A program made the position numbers and the translations under genes. A stretch of 64,000 nucleotides of DNA from Candidatus Rokuibacteriota bacterium (GTDB lineage Bacteria; Methylomirabilota; Methylomirabilia; Rokubacteriales; CSP1-6): contig JAUSJX010000012.1 in the NCBI GenBank assembly GCA_030647435.1, positions 8,063-72,062 of the forward strand, written 5' to 3'. Positions 19,603 to 30,159 of the stretch are shown here, piece after piece. The notes beneath the pieces were generated by a model, which saw only the letters and a program-made list of their open reading frames with translations, had not been told where the DNA came from and searched no databases. Position 1 is the first letter of the stretch. Every line of letters begins with the position of its first letter.

Positions 19603-20486
19603 TGCAGTACGCGGCCTGGCTCCAAGGGCTGACACAAGGGCAGGTGGCGCCCGTCGTGCTGCTCCACGGACCGGAGCCCTTCCTCATCGAAGAAGCTCTG
19701 GCCACGCTTACGCGCGCCGTCTGTCCTGATCCCGGGCTCTTGGTCATGTCCCGCGAGGTGCTCGAGGCCCGCGAGGCGGGGGCCGAGGGTATCGTGCGGG
19801 CTGCGGAGACGCTGCCGTGGGGGACGCCACGGCGGCTGGTCGTGGCTCGCGGCGTCGAGGGGCTCGGCCCGAAGCAGGCCGAGCCGCTGGTCGAGTACGT
19901 GCGCGCCCCGAACCCGAGCACGGTCCTGGCCGTCACGGTGCCTCAGCCGCTCGCGCCGTCCCACTGGCTCCTGAAGGCGGTGCCCGCCGGGGGAGCCGTC
20001 GAGATCCCCCAGCTCACCGGGCGCGCGCTCGCGGGCTGGCTACGCGCCCGCGCCTCCGCCGACGGCCTAGAGCTCGAGGAGGAGGCGGCTCAGCTCCTCA
20101 TCACGCTCGTCGGGGACGATCCTGCCGCCCTCGCCGGCGAAGCCGGGAAAGCCGCTCTCGCGGGCGGGCCCGAGAACCGGCGCGTCGGAGCGGTCGAGGT
20201 GCGTGCGGTGGTGGGCGAGCACCGCTCGCACGAGGTCTTCGAGCTGACGCGGGCCGTGGAGCGGCGGGACGCCGCCGCCGCGTTGTCTCTGCTCGAGCGC
20301 CTGCTGGGGGCGGGTGAGGAGCCGCTGCGCCTCCTCGCCATCCTTGCCGCGCAGGCGAGGCGAGCGACGCTGAGGGCGGCGGCGGAGCGCCTCGAGCGCT
20401 GCTGGCGGGCCGAGCGCCGCCTCAAGCTGGGCGGCGCGCCGCGTCCGGAGCTGGCGGTCCTCGTCGCTGACCTGTGCGAGGCGTGA
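19602..20486 (+). CDS. holA: DNA polymerase III delta subunit
   Basis: VVLLHGPEPFLIEEAL N-terminus; about 294 aa; conserved leuS-lptE-holA synteny; GTG start overlapping the lptE stop. Confidence 0.7.
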   Translation: MQYAAWLQGLTQGQVAPVVLLHGPEPFLIEEALATLTRAVCPDPGLLVMSREVLEAREAGAEGIVRAAETLPWGTPRRLVVARGVEGLGPKQAEPLVEYVRAPNPSTVLAVTVPQPLAPSHWLLKAVPAGGAVEIPQLTGRALAGWLRARASADGLELEEEAAQLLITLVGDDPAALAGEAGKAALAGGPENRRVGAVEVRAVVGEHRSHEVFELTRAVERRDAAAALSLLERLLGAGEEPLRLLAILAAQARRATLRAAAERLERCWRAERRLKLGGAPRPELAVLVADLCEA

Positions 20487-21790
20487 GCTCGGGCGCCCTC
20501 GCGTGGGCGCTCCTCACCGTGGCGGTGCTGTCGCCTCACCCGGCCGCGGCCCTCAGCGCCGCGGCCTCATCTCTTGAACTGCAGCTGCCGGCCGGGGCGC
20601 CGCTCGCCGGCTACGGCGGTTTCCCGCGGCGCGCATGGATCCCGGATGTCCTCGGGCGGTCCCCCAATACGTTCTGGTTCAACCCGTCCACCGGCGTCCA
20701 CGATCCGCTCCGCGTACGTGCGCTGGTATTAGAGTCCGGCGGCCTCAGGGTTGTCTGGCTCTCCGTGGACCTGGTCGCCGTCGACCCGACCATGGTCGCG
20801 GAAGTGCGCGCGCGTCTCGCGGACCGGGGCGGCGAGCCGCCGATCCTCATCGTCTCGGCGTCGCACACGCACTCGGGACCCGGCGCCTACGGGATTTCCG
20901 CCTTCTGGGCTCTCGTCGCCGCCGATCGGGAGTCACCGGCGGTGCGGAAGGCCATTCTCGACGGCATGGAGAAGGCGGCGCGGGAGGCTCTGCGGCGACG
21001 GGCTCCGGCGCTCTTGGCGTGGGGGAAGACCACGGTGACGGGCGTGGCCATGAGCCGCCTCGAGCAGCCGCTCGATCCGGAGCTCGGCCTCCTGAAAGTG
21101 ATGGGCGCCGACAGCCGTCCGATCGCCCTCGTGTGGAACTACGCGGTCCACGGCACGGCGCTCGGCCGCGCCAACTCGCTCCTCTCAGGCGACCTTATGG
21201 CGGACGCATCGGCGAGACTCGAGAGGGAGACGGGGGCGCCGGTGCTCTTCGTCAACGGCGCGGCGGGAGATGTCAGCCCGAAGCAGCGGGGCTGGCCGGG
21301 CGTGGAAAGCGCCGGCGCGGCCCTGGCCTCGGCCGCGCTGGCTGCATGGCGAACACTGCCGCCCGGGCGCGACCTGACGCTCCGCGCCGTCCGGAGCCAG
21401 GTGTCGCTGTCCGGCCCCGCACTCTCGGTGCGCAACTGCACAGGCCGCTGGGTGCCGGCGGCGTTCCGGCTCGGGCTTGGCTGGACTCTGCCGTCGTCAG
21501 CCGGTCTCACGGCTGTGCGCATCGGGGGCACGGCGTGGGTGACGGTTCCCGGCGAGCTCCAGACGCGGCTCGGTCTCGACATCAAGACGGCAGGGCGACG
21601 GACCTTCGAGGAGACTTTCGTTGCGGGGTACAGCAACGATTACCTAGGATACTTCCTCACGCGCCGGGACTACGGGGAGCCGAGCTACGTCGCCTGCGGC
21701 AGCTTCTACGGCGAGAGCGGCGGGGAGATCATGCGGGACTCTGCGATTGAGCTGCTCGATCGTTTGGCGAAGAAGGGTGCCCGCGGCTGA
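20474..21790 (+). CDS. Secreted neutral/alkaline ceramidase-family hydrolase
   Basis: Signal peptide. Ceramidase N-terminal-domain-like motifs GYGGFPRR, HDPLRVRALVL, SASHTHSGPGAYG. Confidence 0.65.
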   Translation: MRGVSSGALAWALLTVAVLSPHPAAALSAAASSLELQLPAGAPLAGYGGFPRRAWIPDVLGRSPNTFWFNPSTGVHDPLRVRALVLESGGLRVVWLSVDLVAVDPTMVAEVRARLADRGGEPPILIVSASHTHSGPGAYGISAFWALVAADRESPAVRKAILDGMEKAAREALRRRAPALLAWGKTTVTGVAMSRLEQPLDPELGLLKVMGADSRPIALVWNYAVHGTALGRANSLLSGDLMADASARLERETGAPVLFVNGAAGDVSPKQRGWPGVESAGAALASAALAAWRTLPPGRDLTLRAVRSQVSLSGPALSVRNCTGRWVPAAFRLGLGWTLPSSAGLTAVRIGGTAWVTVPGELQTRLGLDIKTAGRRTFEETFVAGYSNDYLGYFLTRRDYGEPSYVACGSFYGESGGEIMRDSAIELLDRLAKKGARG

Positions 21791-21821
21791 TGGGGGGCTG
21801 ATGGGGGGGCTGATGGGGGGG
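21787..21821 (+). repeat. 3 tandem copies of ctgatggggg(g)g between the convergent stops of the ceramidase gene and rpsT; every copy contains TGA. On the minus strand the unit reads as a C-rich, G-poor run.
   Basis: Directly visible; the ceramidase TGA lies in copy 1. Confidence 0.75.
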
Positions 21822-21822
21822 A

Positions 21823-22077
21823 CTAACGCGCGATCGAGCGGGCCAGGGCCGATTTCTTGCGGGCGGCGGTGTTGCGGTGGATGATGCCGCGGCTCACGGC
21901 CCGGTCGAGGATGCGGATGGCCTCGAGCACGGCCTCTTTCGCCTGCGGGGTCTTCTCGGTGGCCGCCGCGCGCGCCGTCTTCACCGACGAGCGGATGGTG
22001 CTGCGCACCGCGCGATTGCGCAGGCGTCGCTTCAGGTTCTGCTTGATCCGCTTTTTGGCGGAGCGGGTGTTGGCCAC
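21823..22077 (-). CDS. rpsT: 30S ribosomal protein S20
   Basis: ANTRSAKKRIKQNLKRRLRN... is the canonical S20 sequence; GTG start with gggagg RBS. Confidence 0.95.
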   Translation of the reverse strand: MANTRSAKKRIKQNLKRRLRNRAVRSTIRSSVKTARAAATEKTPQAKEAVLEAIRILDRAVSRGIIHRNTAARKKSALARSIAR

Positions 22078-22225
22078 GGTGAACTTCCTCCCTTGGTAAA
22101 AACGTGCATGAAACGCGTGACGGGGGCCTGGGTGCTTTGCGCGTTGAACGACAGTAGACGGTACCGTCCATGTCCGCGACTGTCAAGGGCAATGAGTAGT
22201 GGGCCAATTTGCTTCGCCAGATCTA

Positions 22226-22352
22226 CTCAGCCCTCGCCTCACGGCGAAGCCGCTCAGCTCGCACCGCCATGTTCTCGGTCGCCGGCGACGCTCGACGTAC
22301 AACTGTCTCAGCCCTCGCCTCGCGGCTGCGCCACTCAGCTCGAACCTCCACG
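22226..22352 (+). repeat. Two 46-bp direct repeats (about 80% identical, both beginning ctcagccctcgcctc) spaced 81 bp apart in the rpsT/murJ divergent intergenic region
   Basis: Copy A 22226-22271, copy B 22307-22352; copy A is flanked by the inverted repeat gcttcgcc/ggcgaagc. Confidence 0.6.
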
Positions 22353-22424
22353 TACGCCTCGCGTCGCTGGCTCCCTCGGGCCTCGTCTGGCTCGCAACTT
22401 GACCCACTACGGGGCAATGTCGCC

Positions 22425-24011
22425 GTGAACGAAGACCGGCGGGCGGTGCAGCACGGGGTTGTGCGGGCCGTGGGCGTCATCGGGGCCGCCACCCTCGCAA
22501 GCCGCGTGCTCGGCTTCGTGCGCGACATGGTCATGGCGCGGGCTTTCGGCGCGGGGCCGGTGACCGACGCCTTCTTCGTGGCCTTCCGTATCCCCAACCT
22601 GCTCCGGCGGCTTCTGGCCGAGGGGGCGCTGTCCACCGCCATCATCCCCGTCTTCACGGAATACCTGGAACGGGCCGGCCGAGCAGAGTTCGGCCGCATG
22701 GTCCGAGCGGTCACGGGTGTCGCCATGGTAGTCCTGTGCGTTGTCTCGGGCCTCGGCATGCTGCTCGCGCCGTGGATCGTGCGGGTGATGACGCCGGGCT
22801 GGGCCGACGATCCCGAGCTGATCGGGCTGGCCGGGAGGCTGACGAGCCTGATGTTCCCGTACCTCCTGCTCGTGGGGCTTGCCGCACTGGCGATGGGAGC
22901 GCTCAATGCCCAGCACCGCTTCTTCACCGCGGCCTTCGGCCCGGCGGTGCTCAACGTCGCGATGATCCTCTCGGTGCTCTTCCTGGCGGGCAGGATGTCG
23001 CCGCCGGTCTTCTCCCTGGTGGTGGGTGTCCTCGTCGGTGGCGCCGGCCAGCTGCTCGTCCAGCTGCCTGAGCTGGCGCGGCTGGGAGTCCCGCTCCGTC
23101 CCTCGGTCGAGTGGTCGCATCCCGCCGTCAGATTGATTGCCGGCAGGCTCTGGCCCGCGGTCTTCGCGCTGGCCGCGGTCCAGGTGACGGTGCTCGTGAA
23201 CACGCTCCTGGCCTCGCTGCTGCCCGAGGGCACCGTGTCCTATCTCTATTACGCCGACCGCGTGATGGAATTCCCCCTCGGAGTGTTCGGCATCGCCCTT
23301 GCGACGGCGGCCCTGCCCAGCATGTCGGGCCAGGCCGCGCGGGGAGAGCATCGCGCGCTGACGGACATGCTCGGCTTCTCGCTCCGGCTCTCGGTATTCG
23401 TCGCGCTGCCCGCGGCTGTCGGCCTGATCGCGCTCGGCCATCCGATCGTCAAGCTGCTCTTCGAGCGCGGTGAGTTCACGCCTACTGATGCGGTCGCGAC
23501 GACCCAGGCCCTGGCAGGCTACGCGGTCGGCCTGCCCGCGTTCTCCGCCACGCGGATCGCCGCGCAGACATTCTATGCGCTCGGCGACACCCGGACGCCC
23601 GTCTGGGCCGGGCTCGCATCCGTCGCCGCCAACGTTGTCCTCGCGCTCGCCCTCATGTGGCCGCTCCAGCACGCGGGGCTCGCGCTGGCTACCTCGCTGT
23701 CGGCCTACGTCAACCTGCTGCTGCTCTGCTGGCTCCTGCGCCGGCGGCTCGGGCCGATCGGCGGCCGGGAGATGGCGGCCTCGCTGCTTCGCACCGGCGG
23801 CGCGTCGGCGGCGCTCCTCCTCTGGTGCGTCTGGGCCGGCGCGCGGCTGGGCGCGGGGTGGGCAGGCGCCGCGTGGACTTTGGGCGCGCTGGCCGCGGGT
23901 ATGCTCGTCTACCTGCTTGCGGCCGCGGCGCTCCGGGCGCCTGAGCTCGGCGCGCTCTTCGGCATGCTGCGGCGGCGCGGGCAAACCTTGCCGGGGGCGG
24001 GGAGCGGGTGA
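22425..24011 (+). CDS. murJ: Lipid II flippase MurJ (MviN)
   Basis: LASRVLGFVRDMVMARAFGAG...FFVAFRIPNLLRRLLAEGALS; 14 TM topology; GTG start. Confidence 0.9.
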   Translation: MNEDRRAVQHGVVRAVGVIGAATLASRVLGFVRDMVMARAFGAGPVTDAFFVAFRIPNLLRRLLAEGALSTAIIPVFTEYLERAGRAEFGRMVRAVTGVAMVVLCVVSGLGMLLAPWIVRVMTPGWADDPELIGLAGRLTSLMFPYLLLVGLAALAMGALNAQHRFFTAAFGPAVLNVAMILSVLFLAGRMSPPVFSLVVGVLVGGAGQLLVQLPELARLGVPLRPSVEWSHPAVRLIAGRLWPAVFALAAVQVTVLVNTLLASLLPEGTVSYLYYADRVMEFPLGVFGIALATAALPSMSGQAARGEHRALTDMLGFSLRLSVFVALPAAVGLIALGHPIVKLLFERGEFTPTDAVATTQALAGYAVGLPAFSATRIAAQTFYALGDTRTPVWAGLASVAANVVLALALMWPLQHAGLALATSLSAYVNLLLLCWLLRRRLGPIGGREMAASLLRTGGASAALLLWCVWAGARLGAGWAGAAWTLGALAAGMLVYLLAAAALRAPELGALFGMLRRRGQTLPGAGSG

Positions 24012-24120
24012 TAGACTTCGTCATGCTTTTGCGGTGGGTCGGGTACGCCCCGGTCACGGCCTCGGCAGTACGGAAGGGCCGGTACCGGGGCGTCGCTGTG
24101 TCCGGGCCCCGGAGAGCGTG

Positions 24121-25017
24121 ATGGACGCGGTCCGCGAGTTTTTCGCCGCCCTGCAGACGGAGCGGGGCGCCTCACCCCACACGCTCGCCGCCTACCGCCA
24201 CGACCTCGCCGGCTTCACGGCCTTCCTGAAGCACCAGCGGCGCTCAGTGGCGACGGCGCGCGTGGGCGACCTCAGCGACTACCTCGAGGACTTGAGGCGC
24301 CACGGGCTCGGGGCCCGGAGCTCGGCGCGGCATCTCTCCGCCGTGCGCGGCTTCTATCGCTTTCTCCTGGCCTCGGGTGAGATCCGCCGGGACCCGACGG
24401 AGCACCTCGAATCGCCGCGCCCGGCGCGCAGGCTGCCGCGCACGCTCTCGATCGAAGACGCGGGGACTCTCGTCGAATCGCCGGACCTCTCTGCCCCCGA
24501 GGGCCTCCGGGACCGCGCCATGCTCGAGCTGCTCTACGCCTCAGGGCTGCGGGCCTCGGAGTGCCTGACGCTCAGGCTCGAGGACCTCAACATCACGGCG
24601 GGGTACGTCACGGCCACCGGCAAGGGCAGCCGCCAGCGTCTCGTGCCGGTCGGCGCCCAGGCGCTCCGGTGGGTGGAGCGCTACGTGTCCACGTCCCGCC
24701 CAGGCTTCGTCAGGCGGAGCGACCCCGGGACCCTCTTTCTCAACCGCTACGGCCGTCCGCTGTCGCGGCAGTCCCTCTGGTCCGTCATCAAGCGCGCGGC
24801 AAGGCGGGCGGGGCTGCGGAGCGCGGTTTCCCCGCACACCCTGCGCCACTCCTTCGCGAGCCATTTGCTGGAGCGCGGCGCCGACCTGCGCTCGGTCCAG
24901 GCGATGCTCGGCCACGCCGACATCGCGACGACGCAGATCTACACCCACCTGCCGTCCTCCGCCGTCCGCGCGATGTACCGGAAGTTCCACCCCCGCGCGA
25001 TCAGCAAGGCCAGCTAG
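24121..25017 (+). CDS. xerD: Tyrosine site-specific recombinase, XerD-like
   Basis: N-terminal TLAAYRHDL; catalytic R...HxxR...Y: LRHSFASHLLERGADLRSVQAMLGHADIATTQIYTHL. Confidence 0.8.
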   Translation: MDAVREFFAALQTERGASPHTLAAYRHDLAGFTAFLKHQRRSVATARVGDLSDYLEDLRRHGLGARSSARHLSAVRGFYRFLLASGEIRRDPTEHLESPRPARRLPRTLSIEDAGTLVESPDLSAPEGLRDRAMLELLYASGLRASECLTLRLEDLNITAGYVTATGKGSRQRLVPVGAQALRWVERYVSTSRPGFVRRSDPGTLFLNRYGRPLSRQSLWSVIKRAARRAGLRSAVSPHTLRHSFASHLLERGADLRSVQAMLGHADIATTQIYTHLPSSAVRAMYRKFHPRAISKAS

Positions 25018-25020
25018 GAC

Positions 25021-26721
25021 ATGGCCAGGCACGGACACGCGTACCCACAGGTCGAGCCGCGCGCGGCCGATCTCATGGACCGGCGGGTGGCGAAGGTGCC
25101 GGGCTCCACGAGCGTGCGGAAGGCGCTCGATGTGGCGCGGGCGGCTCACGCCCACGTGGTGACGGACCTCCGCGCGGCAGCGCGGCGGGAGGATCTCGAG
25201 CGCGCGGCGGCATGGGGCTTCGGGAGATGGCGCTGGCTCGACATCGCTTATGTCGGCCTGCCCTCGGTGACGGCCGGAACGGGGGAGATCGCGGTGAGGC
25301 GGCTGCTTCAGGGCGGCGCGGCCGCGGTGCTCGTGCGCGAGGGCCGGCGGGCCGTGGGCATCGTCGAGCCGTCGCTCCGTCCGGAGACGTCCGCCAATTC
25401 GACCATCGCGAGACTCGAGCGCCTCCAGGGCGGAGACGGAGAGGCGAGGCTCTGGCTGCTTCGCACCGCCGGCAAGCTCGCCGAGGCGCAGGGGCAGGCG
25501 GTCTTTGCTGTCGGCGGCTTCGTCCGGGACCTCCTCCTCGTTCGCGCTCCGGCGCGCGCGCCCGACCTCGACCTCGTCGTGGAAGGTGACGGCATCGCCT
25601 TCGGGCGGAGGCTCGCGGAGGAGACGGGCGGTCACCTGGTGGTCCACGCCGCTTTCGGCACGGCGTCCCTCGAAGGCGGTACGACACCCGATGGCACTCG
25701 AATCGGGCGCGTGGATATCGCCTCCGCGCGTCGCGAGCGTTATGGCATGCCGGGCGCCCTGCCGGACGTGAGCCCGGCTTCGATCGACCTGGACCTTGGA
25801 CGGCGCGATTTCTCGGTCAATGCCATGTCCATCGCTCTGGCCCCTTCCGCGTGGGGTCGCCTGCTCGACCCCTTCGGCGGCCAGCGTGACCTGGCCGCGC
25901 GGCGCCTCCGGGTCCTGCACCCGCTGTCCTTCGTCGAGGATCCGACGCGGATCTGGAGGGGCGCGCGGTATGCGGCGCGGCTCGGGCTCAAACCGGATGC
26001 GAGCTTCAGCAGAGCGCTGGCGCTCGCGTGGAGGGCGGGCGAGTACCCGGCCCTCTCCGGACAACGGCTCCACGCGGAGCTGGACTTGGTGATGGACGAG
26101 CCGGACCCCTGGGGCGTACTCGGCCTGCTGCTCGGCTGGGGAGCCTTGAGGATCTGGGATCCCGGCTTTCGCGTGACCCGCCGGAGCCGCGGGCGCCTCA
26201 GTGCCGCGCGCAGCCTCGCCGCCTGGGCCCACGGCGCGGGCGTCGCTGTCGAGGCGGGGGGGCTGGCCCTCGTGGCGCTGCTCTTCGACCAGCCTCAGGC
26301 CACGGCGGAGCGGTGCCTGCGGAGGCTCGCCGTGGCGGGGGTCGACGCCGCGCGGCTCAACGCGACGACCGCGCGCTCCCTGGCGCGGCGTGTCGGGGCG
26401 CAGGTGCAGCGGCGGCCCAGCCAGGTCGCCGAGACGCTCCGGCCCGCGCGGGAGGTGGCGCTGCTCGGAGCGTGGCTCTGCGGCGGCCGCAGGGCGCGCG
26501 GCAGGATCGAGTGGTTCCTGGGACAGGGGCGCGGGGCGCGGCCGCTGTCTTCGGGCGACGATGTGGTCGCGGCGGGCGTGCCGCGCGGGCCGCGGGTGGC
26601 GCAGGCGCTCGGCCTGCTGCGCGACTTGAGACTCGACGGGCGCGTGCGGACGAAGGACGATGAGCGCGCGGCCGTCGCCGATTGGATCGAGGCGCTGACG
26701 AGGAAAGGAGAGTCCCGGTGA
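25021..26721 (+). CDS. CBS-domain pair fused to a poly(A) polymerase/CCA-adding tRNA nucleotidyltransferase head domain
   Basis: N-terminal CBS-like region (about 130 aa). Then Pol-beta NTase motif [12 protein letters not shown]...DLDLVV and [10 protein letters not shown]-terminal helical domain. Confidence 0.7.
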   Translation: MARHGHAYPQVEPRAADLMDRRVAKVPGSTSVRKALDVARAAHAHVVTDLRAAARREDLERAAAWGFGRWRWLDIAYVGLPSVTAGTGEIAVRRLLQGGAAAVLVREGRRAVGIVEPSLRPETSANSTIARLERLQGGDGEARLWLLRTAGKLAEAQGQAVFAVGGFVRDLLLVRAPARAPDLDLVVEGDGIAFGRRLAEETGGHLVVHAAFGTASLEGGTTPDGTRIGRVDIASARRERYGMPGALPDVSPASIDLDLGRRDFSVNAMSIALAPSAWGRLLDPFGGQRDLAARRLRVLHPLSFVEDPTRIWRGARYAARLGLKPDASFSRALALAWRAGEYPALSGQRLHAELDLVMDEPDPWGVLGLLLGWGALRIWDPGFRVTRRSRGRLSAARSLAAWAHGAGVAVEAGGLALVALLFDQPQATAERCLRRLAVAGVDAARLNATTARSLARRVGAQVQRRPSQVAETLRPAREVALLGAWLCGGRRARGRIEWFLGQGRGARPLSSGDDVVAAGVPRGPRVAQALGLLRDLRLDGRVRTKDDERAAVADWIEALTRKGESR

Positions 26722-28328
26722 CCCCGAAATTCATCTTCGTGACGGGTGGCGTCGTGTCGTCCCTGGGCAAAGGACTTGCGGCCGCCTCCATCGGCTCGCT
26801 GCTCGAGGCCCGGGGCTTCCGCGTGACGCTGCTCAAGATGGACCCGTACATCAACGTGGACGCGGGCACCATGAGCCCCTACCAGCACGGCGAGGTCTAC
26901 GTCACCGACGACGGCGGCGAGACCGACCTCGACCTCGGGCACTACGAGCGCTTCACCTCCGCCCAGACGACGCGGGACAACAACATCACGGCGGGCAAGG
27001 TGTACGGCACCGTGATCGAGAAGGAGCGGCGCGGGGACTACCTCGGCCGCACGGTGCAGGTCATCCCGCACATCACGGACCAGATCAAGGCCTCGATACG
27101 CAAGGTCGCATCGGGCGTGGACGTGCTCATCGTGGAGATCGGCGGCACGGTGGGCGACATCGAGGGGCTGCCGTTCCTCGAAGCGGTCCGGCAGTTCAAG
27201 AAGGACGTCGGCAAGGACAACGTCATCTACGTTCACCTGACCCTCGTGCCCTTCATCCAGGCCGCGGGCGAGCTCAAGACCAAGGCGACGCAGCACTCGG
27301 TCAAGGAGCTGCGCGCGATCGGGATCCAGCCCGACGTGCTACTGTGCCGGACCGACAAGGAGCACCTGCTCACGCCCGCCATCAAGTCGAAGATCGCGCT
27401 CTTCTGCGACGTCGAGGAGGAAGCCGTCGTCGCCGCGCGTGACGTGGACACGATCTACGAGGTGCCGCTGACCTTTCACGAGCAGGGGCTCGACGAGAGC
27501 ATCTGCAGGCTCCTCGGCCTCCCGCAGCGGCCCGCCGATCTCTCGCGCTGGGAGGAGATCGTCCGCCGCATCAAGGCGCCCCGCGGCCGGGTGCGGATCG
27601 GGATCGTCGGCAAGTACATCGAGGTCAAGGACTCGTACAAGAGCCTGTACGAGGCGCTGGCGCACGGCGGGATCGCCCATGAAGTGGCGGTGGACGTGGC
27701 GTGGGTCGACGCCGAGCGCCTCGAGCGCGAGGGGCTGGCCGGCCACGTCGAGGGGCTCGACGGCATCCTGGTGCCGGGCGGCTTCGGCGACCGCGGCATC
27801 GAGGGGAAGATCCAGGGGATCCGCCACGCGCGGGAGCGCAAGGTGCCGTACTTCGGGATCTGCCTCGGCATGCAGTGCGCTGTGATCGAGTATGCGCGGC
27901 ACGTGTGCGGGCTCGAGGGCGCCAACTCGACCGAGTTCGACCCCAAGCCCGCGCACAACGTCATCGACCTCCTGCCCGAGCAGCGCAATATCACGGACAA
28001 GGGCGGCACGATGCGTCTCGGCCTCTACCCGGTCGTCCTGGCCGAAGGCACGGCCGCCTCGCGGGCCTACGGGCAGGGGGTGATCCAGGAGCGCCACCGC
28101 CACCGCTACGAGGTCAACAACGACTACCTGAAGGCACTCGAGGCGGGCGGGCTCCGCATCTCCGGGATCTGGGCCGAGAAGCAGCTGGTCGAGATCGTCG
28201 AGCTGCCCGGGCATCCGTGGTTCGTCGCGGGGCAGTTCCACCCGGAGTTCCGCTCCAAGCCGTGGGCGCCGCACCCGCTCTTCGCGGCGTTCATCCGCGC
28301 CGCCATGGACCACCAGGCCGCGGCATGA
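26718..28328 (+). CDS. pyrG: CTP synthase
   Basis: [17 protein letters not shown]-terminus; glutamine amidotransferase Cys (GICLGMQ); RBS aggaaaggag; GTG start. Confidence 0.95.
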   Translation: MTPKFIFVTGGVVSSLGKGLAAASIGSLLEARGFRVTLLKMDPYINVDAGTMSPYQHGEVYVTDDGGETDLDLGHYERFTSAQTTRDNNITAGKVYGTVIEKERRGDYLGRTVQVIPHITDQIKASIRKVASGVDVLIVEIGGTVGDIEGLPFLEAVRQFKKDVGKDNVIYVHLTLVPFIQAAGELKTKATQHSVKELRAIGIQPDVLLCRTDKEHLLTPAIKSKIALFCDVEEEAVVAARDVDTIYEVPLTFHEQGLDESICRLLGLPQRPADLSRWEEIVRRIKAPRGRVRIGIVGKYIEVKDSYKSLYEALAHGGIAHEVAVDVAWVDAERLEREGLAGHVEGLDGILVPGGFGDRGIEGKIQGIRHARERKVPYFGICLGMQCAVIEYARHVCGLEGANSTEFDPKPAHNVIDLLPEQRNITDKGGTMRLGLYPVVLAEGTAASRAYGQGVIQERHRHRYEVNNDYLKALEAGGLRISGIWAEKQLVEIVELPGHPWFVAGQFHPEFRSKPWAPHPLFAAFIRAAMDHQAAA

Positions 28329-29191
28329 CGGCGGAGCCGCGCACGCGGCCGGTGCAGGTGGCTGGCGGCGTCGTCATCGGCGGCGGCGCGCCGCTGGCGC
28401 TCATCGCCGGCCCGTGCGCCATCGAGGACGAGCGCCACGCCCTGATGATGGCCGAGCGCCTCCGGCGCATCACGGGCGACGCCAAGGTGCCCTTCATCTA
28501 CAAGTCCTCCTATGACAAGGCCAACCGCTCGTCGGTCCACTCCTATCGGGGGCCGGGGCTCAAGGAGGGCCTGAGGATACTCGGGCGCGTGAAAGAGGCG
28601 ACCGGGCTGCCCGTGCTCTCGGACGTCCACGACGTCTCGGAAGTCGGTCCGGCCGCCGAGGTGCTCGACGTGCTCCAGGTGCCGGCCTTCCTCTGCCGCC
28701 AGACGGACCTGCTCCTCGCCTGCGGCGGCACGCGCAAGCCGGTGAACGTGAAGAAGGGGCAGTTCCTGGCCCCTCGGGACATGGGCAATGTCGTGGAGAA
28801 GATCCGTTCGACCGGCAATGAGGCCATTCTGCTGACGGAGCGGGGCGCCTCCTTCGGCTACAACAACCTCGTGGTAGACTTCCGCGGGCTCCCGATCATG
28901 CGCGGCTTCGGCTGCCCCGTGGTCTTCGACGCGACGCACTCGGTACAGCTCCCCGGCGGAGCGGGAGATCGCTCCGGCGGCGAGCGGCAATACGTTCAGG
29001 CGCTGGCGCGGGCTGCCGTCGCGGTCGGCGTGGACGCCCTCTTCATGGAGATCCACGAGGACCCTGACCGGACGATGCCCGACGGTCGCCCGCTCTCCGA
29101 CGGGCCGAACATGCTGCGGCTCGACGACCTGCCGCGGCTGCTCGAGGAAATCGGAGCCATCGTATCCGGCCTCAGGAGCGCGGCGCGGTGA
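28325..29191 (+). CDS. kdsA: 2-dehydro-3-deoxyphosphooctonate aldolase (KDO-8-phosphate synthase)
   Basis: [28 protein letters not shown] motifs. Confidence 0.9.
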   Translation: MTAEPRTRPVQVAGGVVIGGGAPLALIAGPCAIEDERHALMMAERLRRITGDAKVPFIYKSSYDKANRSSVHSYRGPGLKEGLRILGRVKEATGLPVLSDVHDVSEVGPAAEVLDVLQVPAFLCRQTDLLLACGGTRKPVNVKKGQFLAPRDMGNVVEKIRSTGNEAILLTERGASFGYNNLVVDFRGLPIMRGFGCPVVFDATHSVQLPGGAGDRSGGERQYVQALARAAVAVGVDALFMEIHEDPDRTMPDGRPLSDGPNMLRLDDLPRLLEEIGAIVSGLRSAAR

Positions 29192-30159
29192 CGGATCGCC
29201 TACGGCTGCTCGCCATGGCCGATCGGGTGCTGCGCCTCGAAGCCGAGAGCATCGGAGGGCTCCGGAGCCGTCTCGATGATCGTTTCGTGCGCGCGGTCGA
29301 GCTGATGCACGGCTGTCGCGGCCGGGTGATCGTGACAGGGATGGGCAAGTCGGGGTTGATCGGGAGGAAGATCGCCTCCACGCTGGCCAGCACGGGGACA
29401 CCCGCGTATTTTCTCCATCCGGCCGAGGGCGTCCACGGCGACATCGGCATGGTGGCGAGAGACGACCTGATCCTGGCCCTGTCCAACTCCGGTGAGACCG
29501 ACGAGGTCCTGGCCGTGCTGCCCGCCATCAAGCGGCTCGGCGTGCCCCTCATCCTCCTCACGGGAAGCCCCGCCTCGACGCTGGCGCGGCAGGCGGACGT
29601 GATCCTGGACGTGGGCGTCGCGGAGGAAGCATGCCCGATGAATCTCGCGCCCACGTCGAGTACGACGGCGGCGCTCGCCATGGGCGATGCGCTCGCCATG
29701 GCGCTCCTGGACCTGCGGGGGCTGGGCCCGGAGGACTACGCCGCGCTTCACCCGCGAGGCGCGCTCGGCTGGCAGTCGCTCTTCCGGGTGCGGGACCTCA
29801 TGCACACGGGTGATGCCGTGCCGGTGGTCAGAGAGACGGCGACGATGAAGGAAGCGATCGAGGAGATGGGCGCCAAGCGGCTCGGCGTGACGACCGTGGT
29901 GGACGGGGCCGGGTGCCTGGTGGGGATCATCACCGACGGCGACTTGAGACGCCAGCAGCTGGCGCATGGGGCGCTTCTCGACCGGCGGGCGGGGGATTGC
30001 ATGACCGCCAACCCCAAGCGGATAGGCGCCGACGAGCTCGCCGTCCGGGCGCTGGCGCTCATGGAGGGCGTGATCACGAGCCTCGTCATCACGGACGAAA
30101 GCGGCCGCCCCACCGGCGTCATCCACATCCACGATATCCTCCGCGCCAAGATCGTGTGA
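29188..30159 (+). CDS. kdsD: Arabinose-5-phosphate isomerase (SIS domain plus a tandem CBS pair)
   Basis: SIS motif [17 protein letters not shown]; C-terminal CBS pair; GTG start overlapping the kdsA stop. Confidence 0.88.
   Translation: MTDRLRLLAMADRVLRLEAESIGGLRSRLDDRFVRAVELMHGCRGRVIVTGMGKSGLIGRKIASTLASTGTPAYFLHPAEGVHGDIGMVARDDLILALSNSGETDEVLAVLPAIKRLGVPLILLTGSPASTLARQADVILDVGVAEEACPMNLAPTSSTTAALAMGDALAMALLDLRGLGPEDYAALHPRGALGWQSLFRVRDLMHTGDAVPVVRETATMKEAIEEMGAKRLGVTTVVDGAGCLVGIITDGDLRRQQLAHGALLDRRAGDCMTANPKRIGADELAVRALALMEGVITSLVITDESGRPTGVIHIHDILRAKIV

Noticed and set aside
22407-23984. 525-aa minus-strand ORF across murJ
   Set aside because: It is antisense to MurJ, which has clear conserved motifs. 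The translation is Arg-rich junk.
24541-26232. 563-aa minus-strand ORF across xerD and the CBS-CCA gene
   Set aside because: It is antisense to two motif-supported genes.
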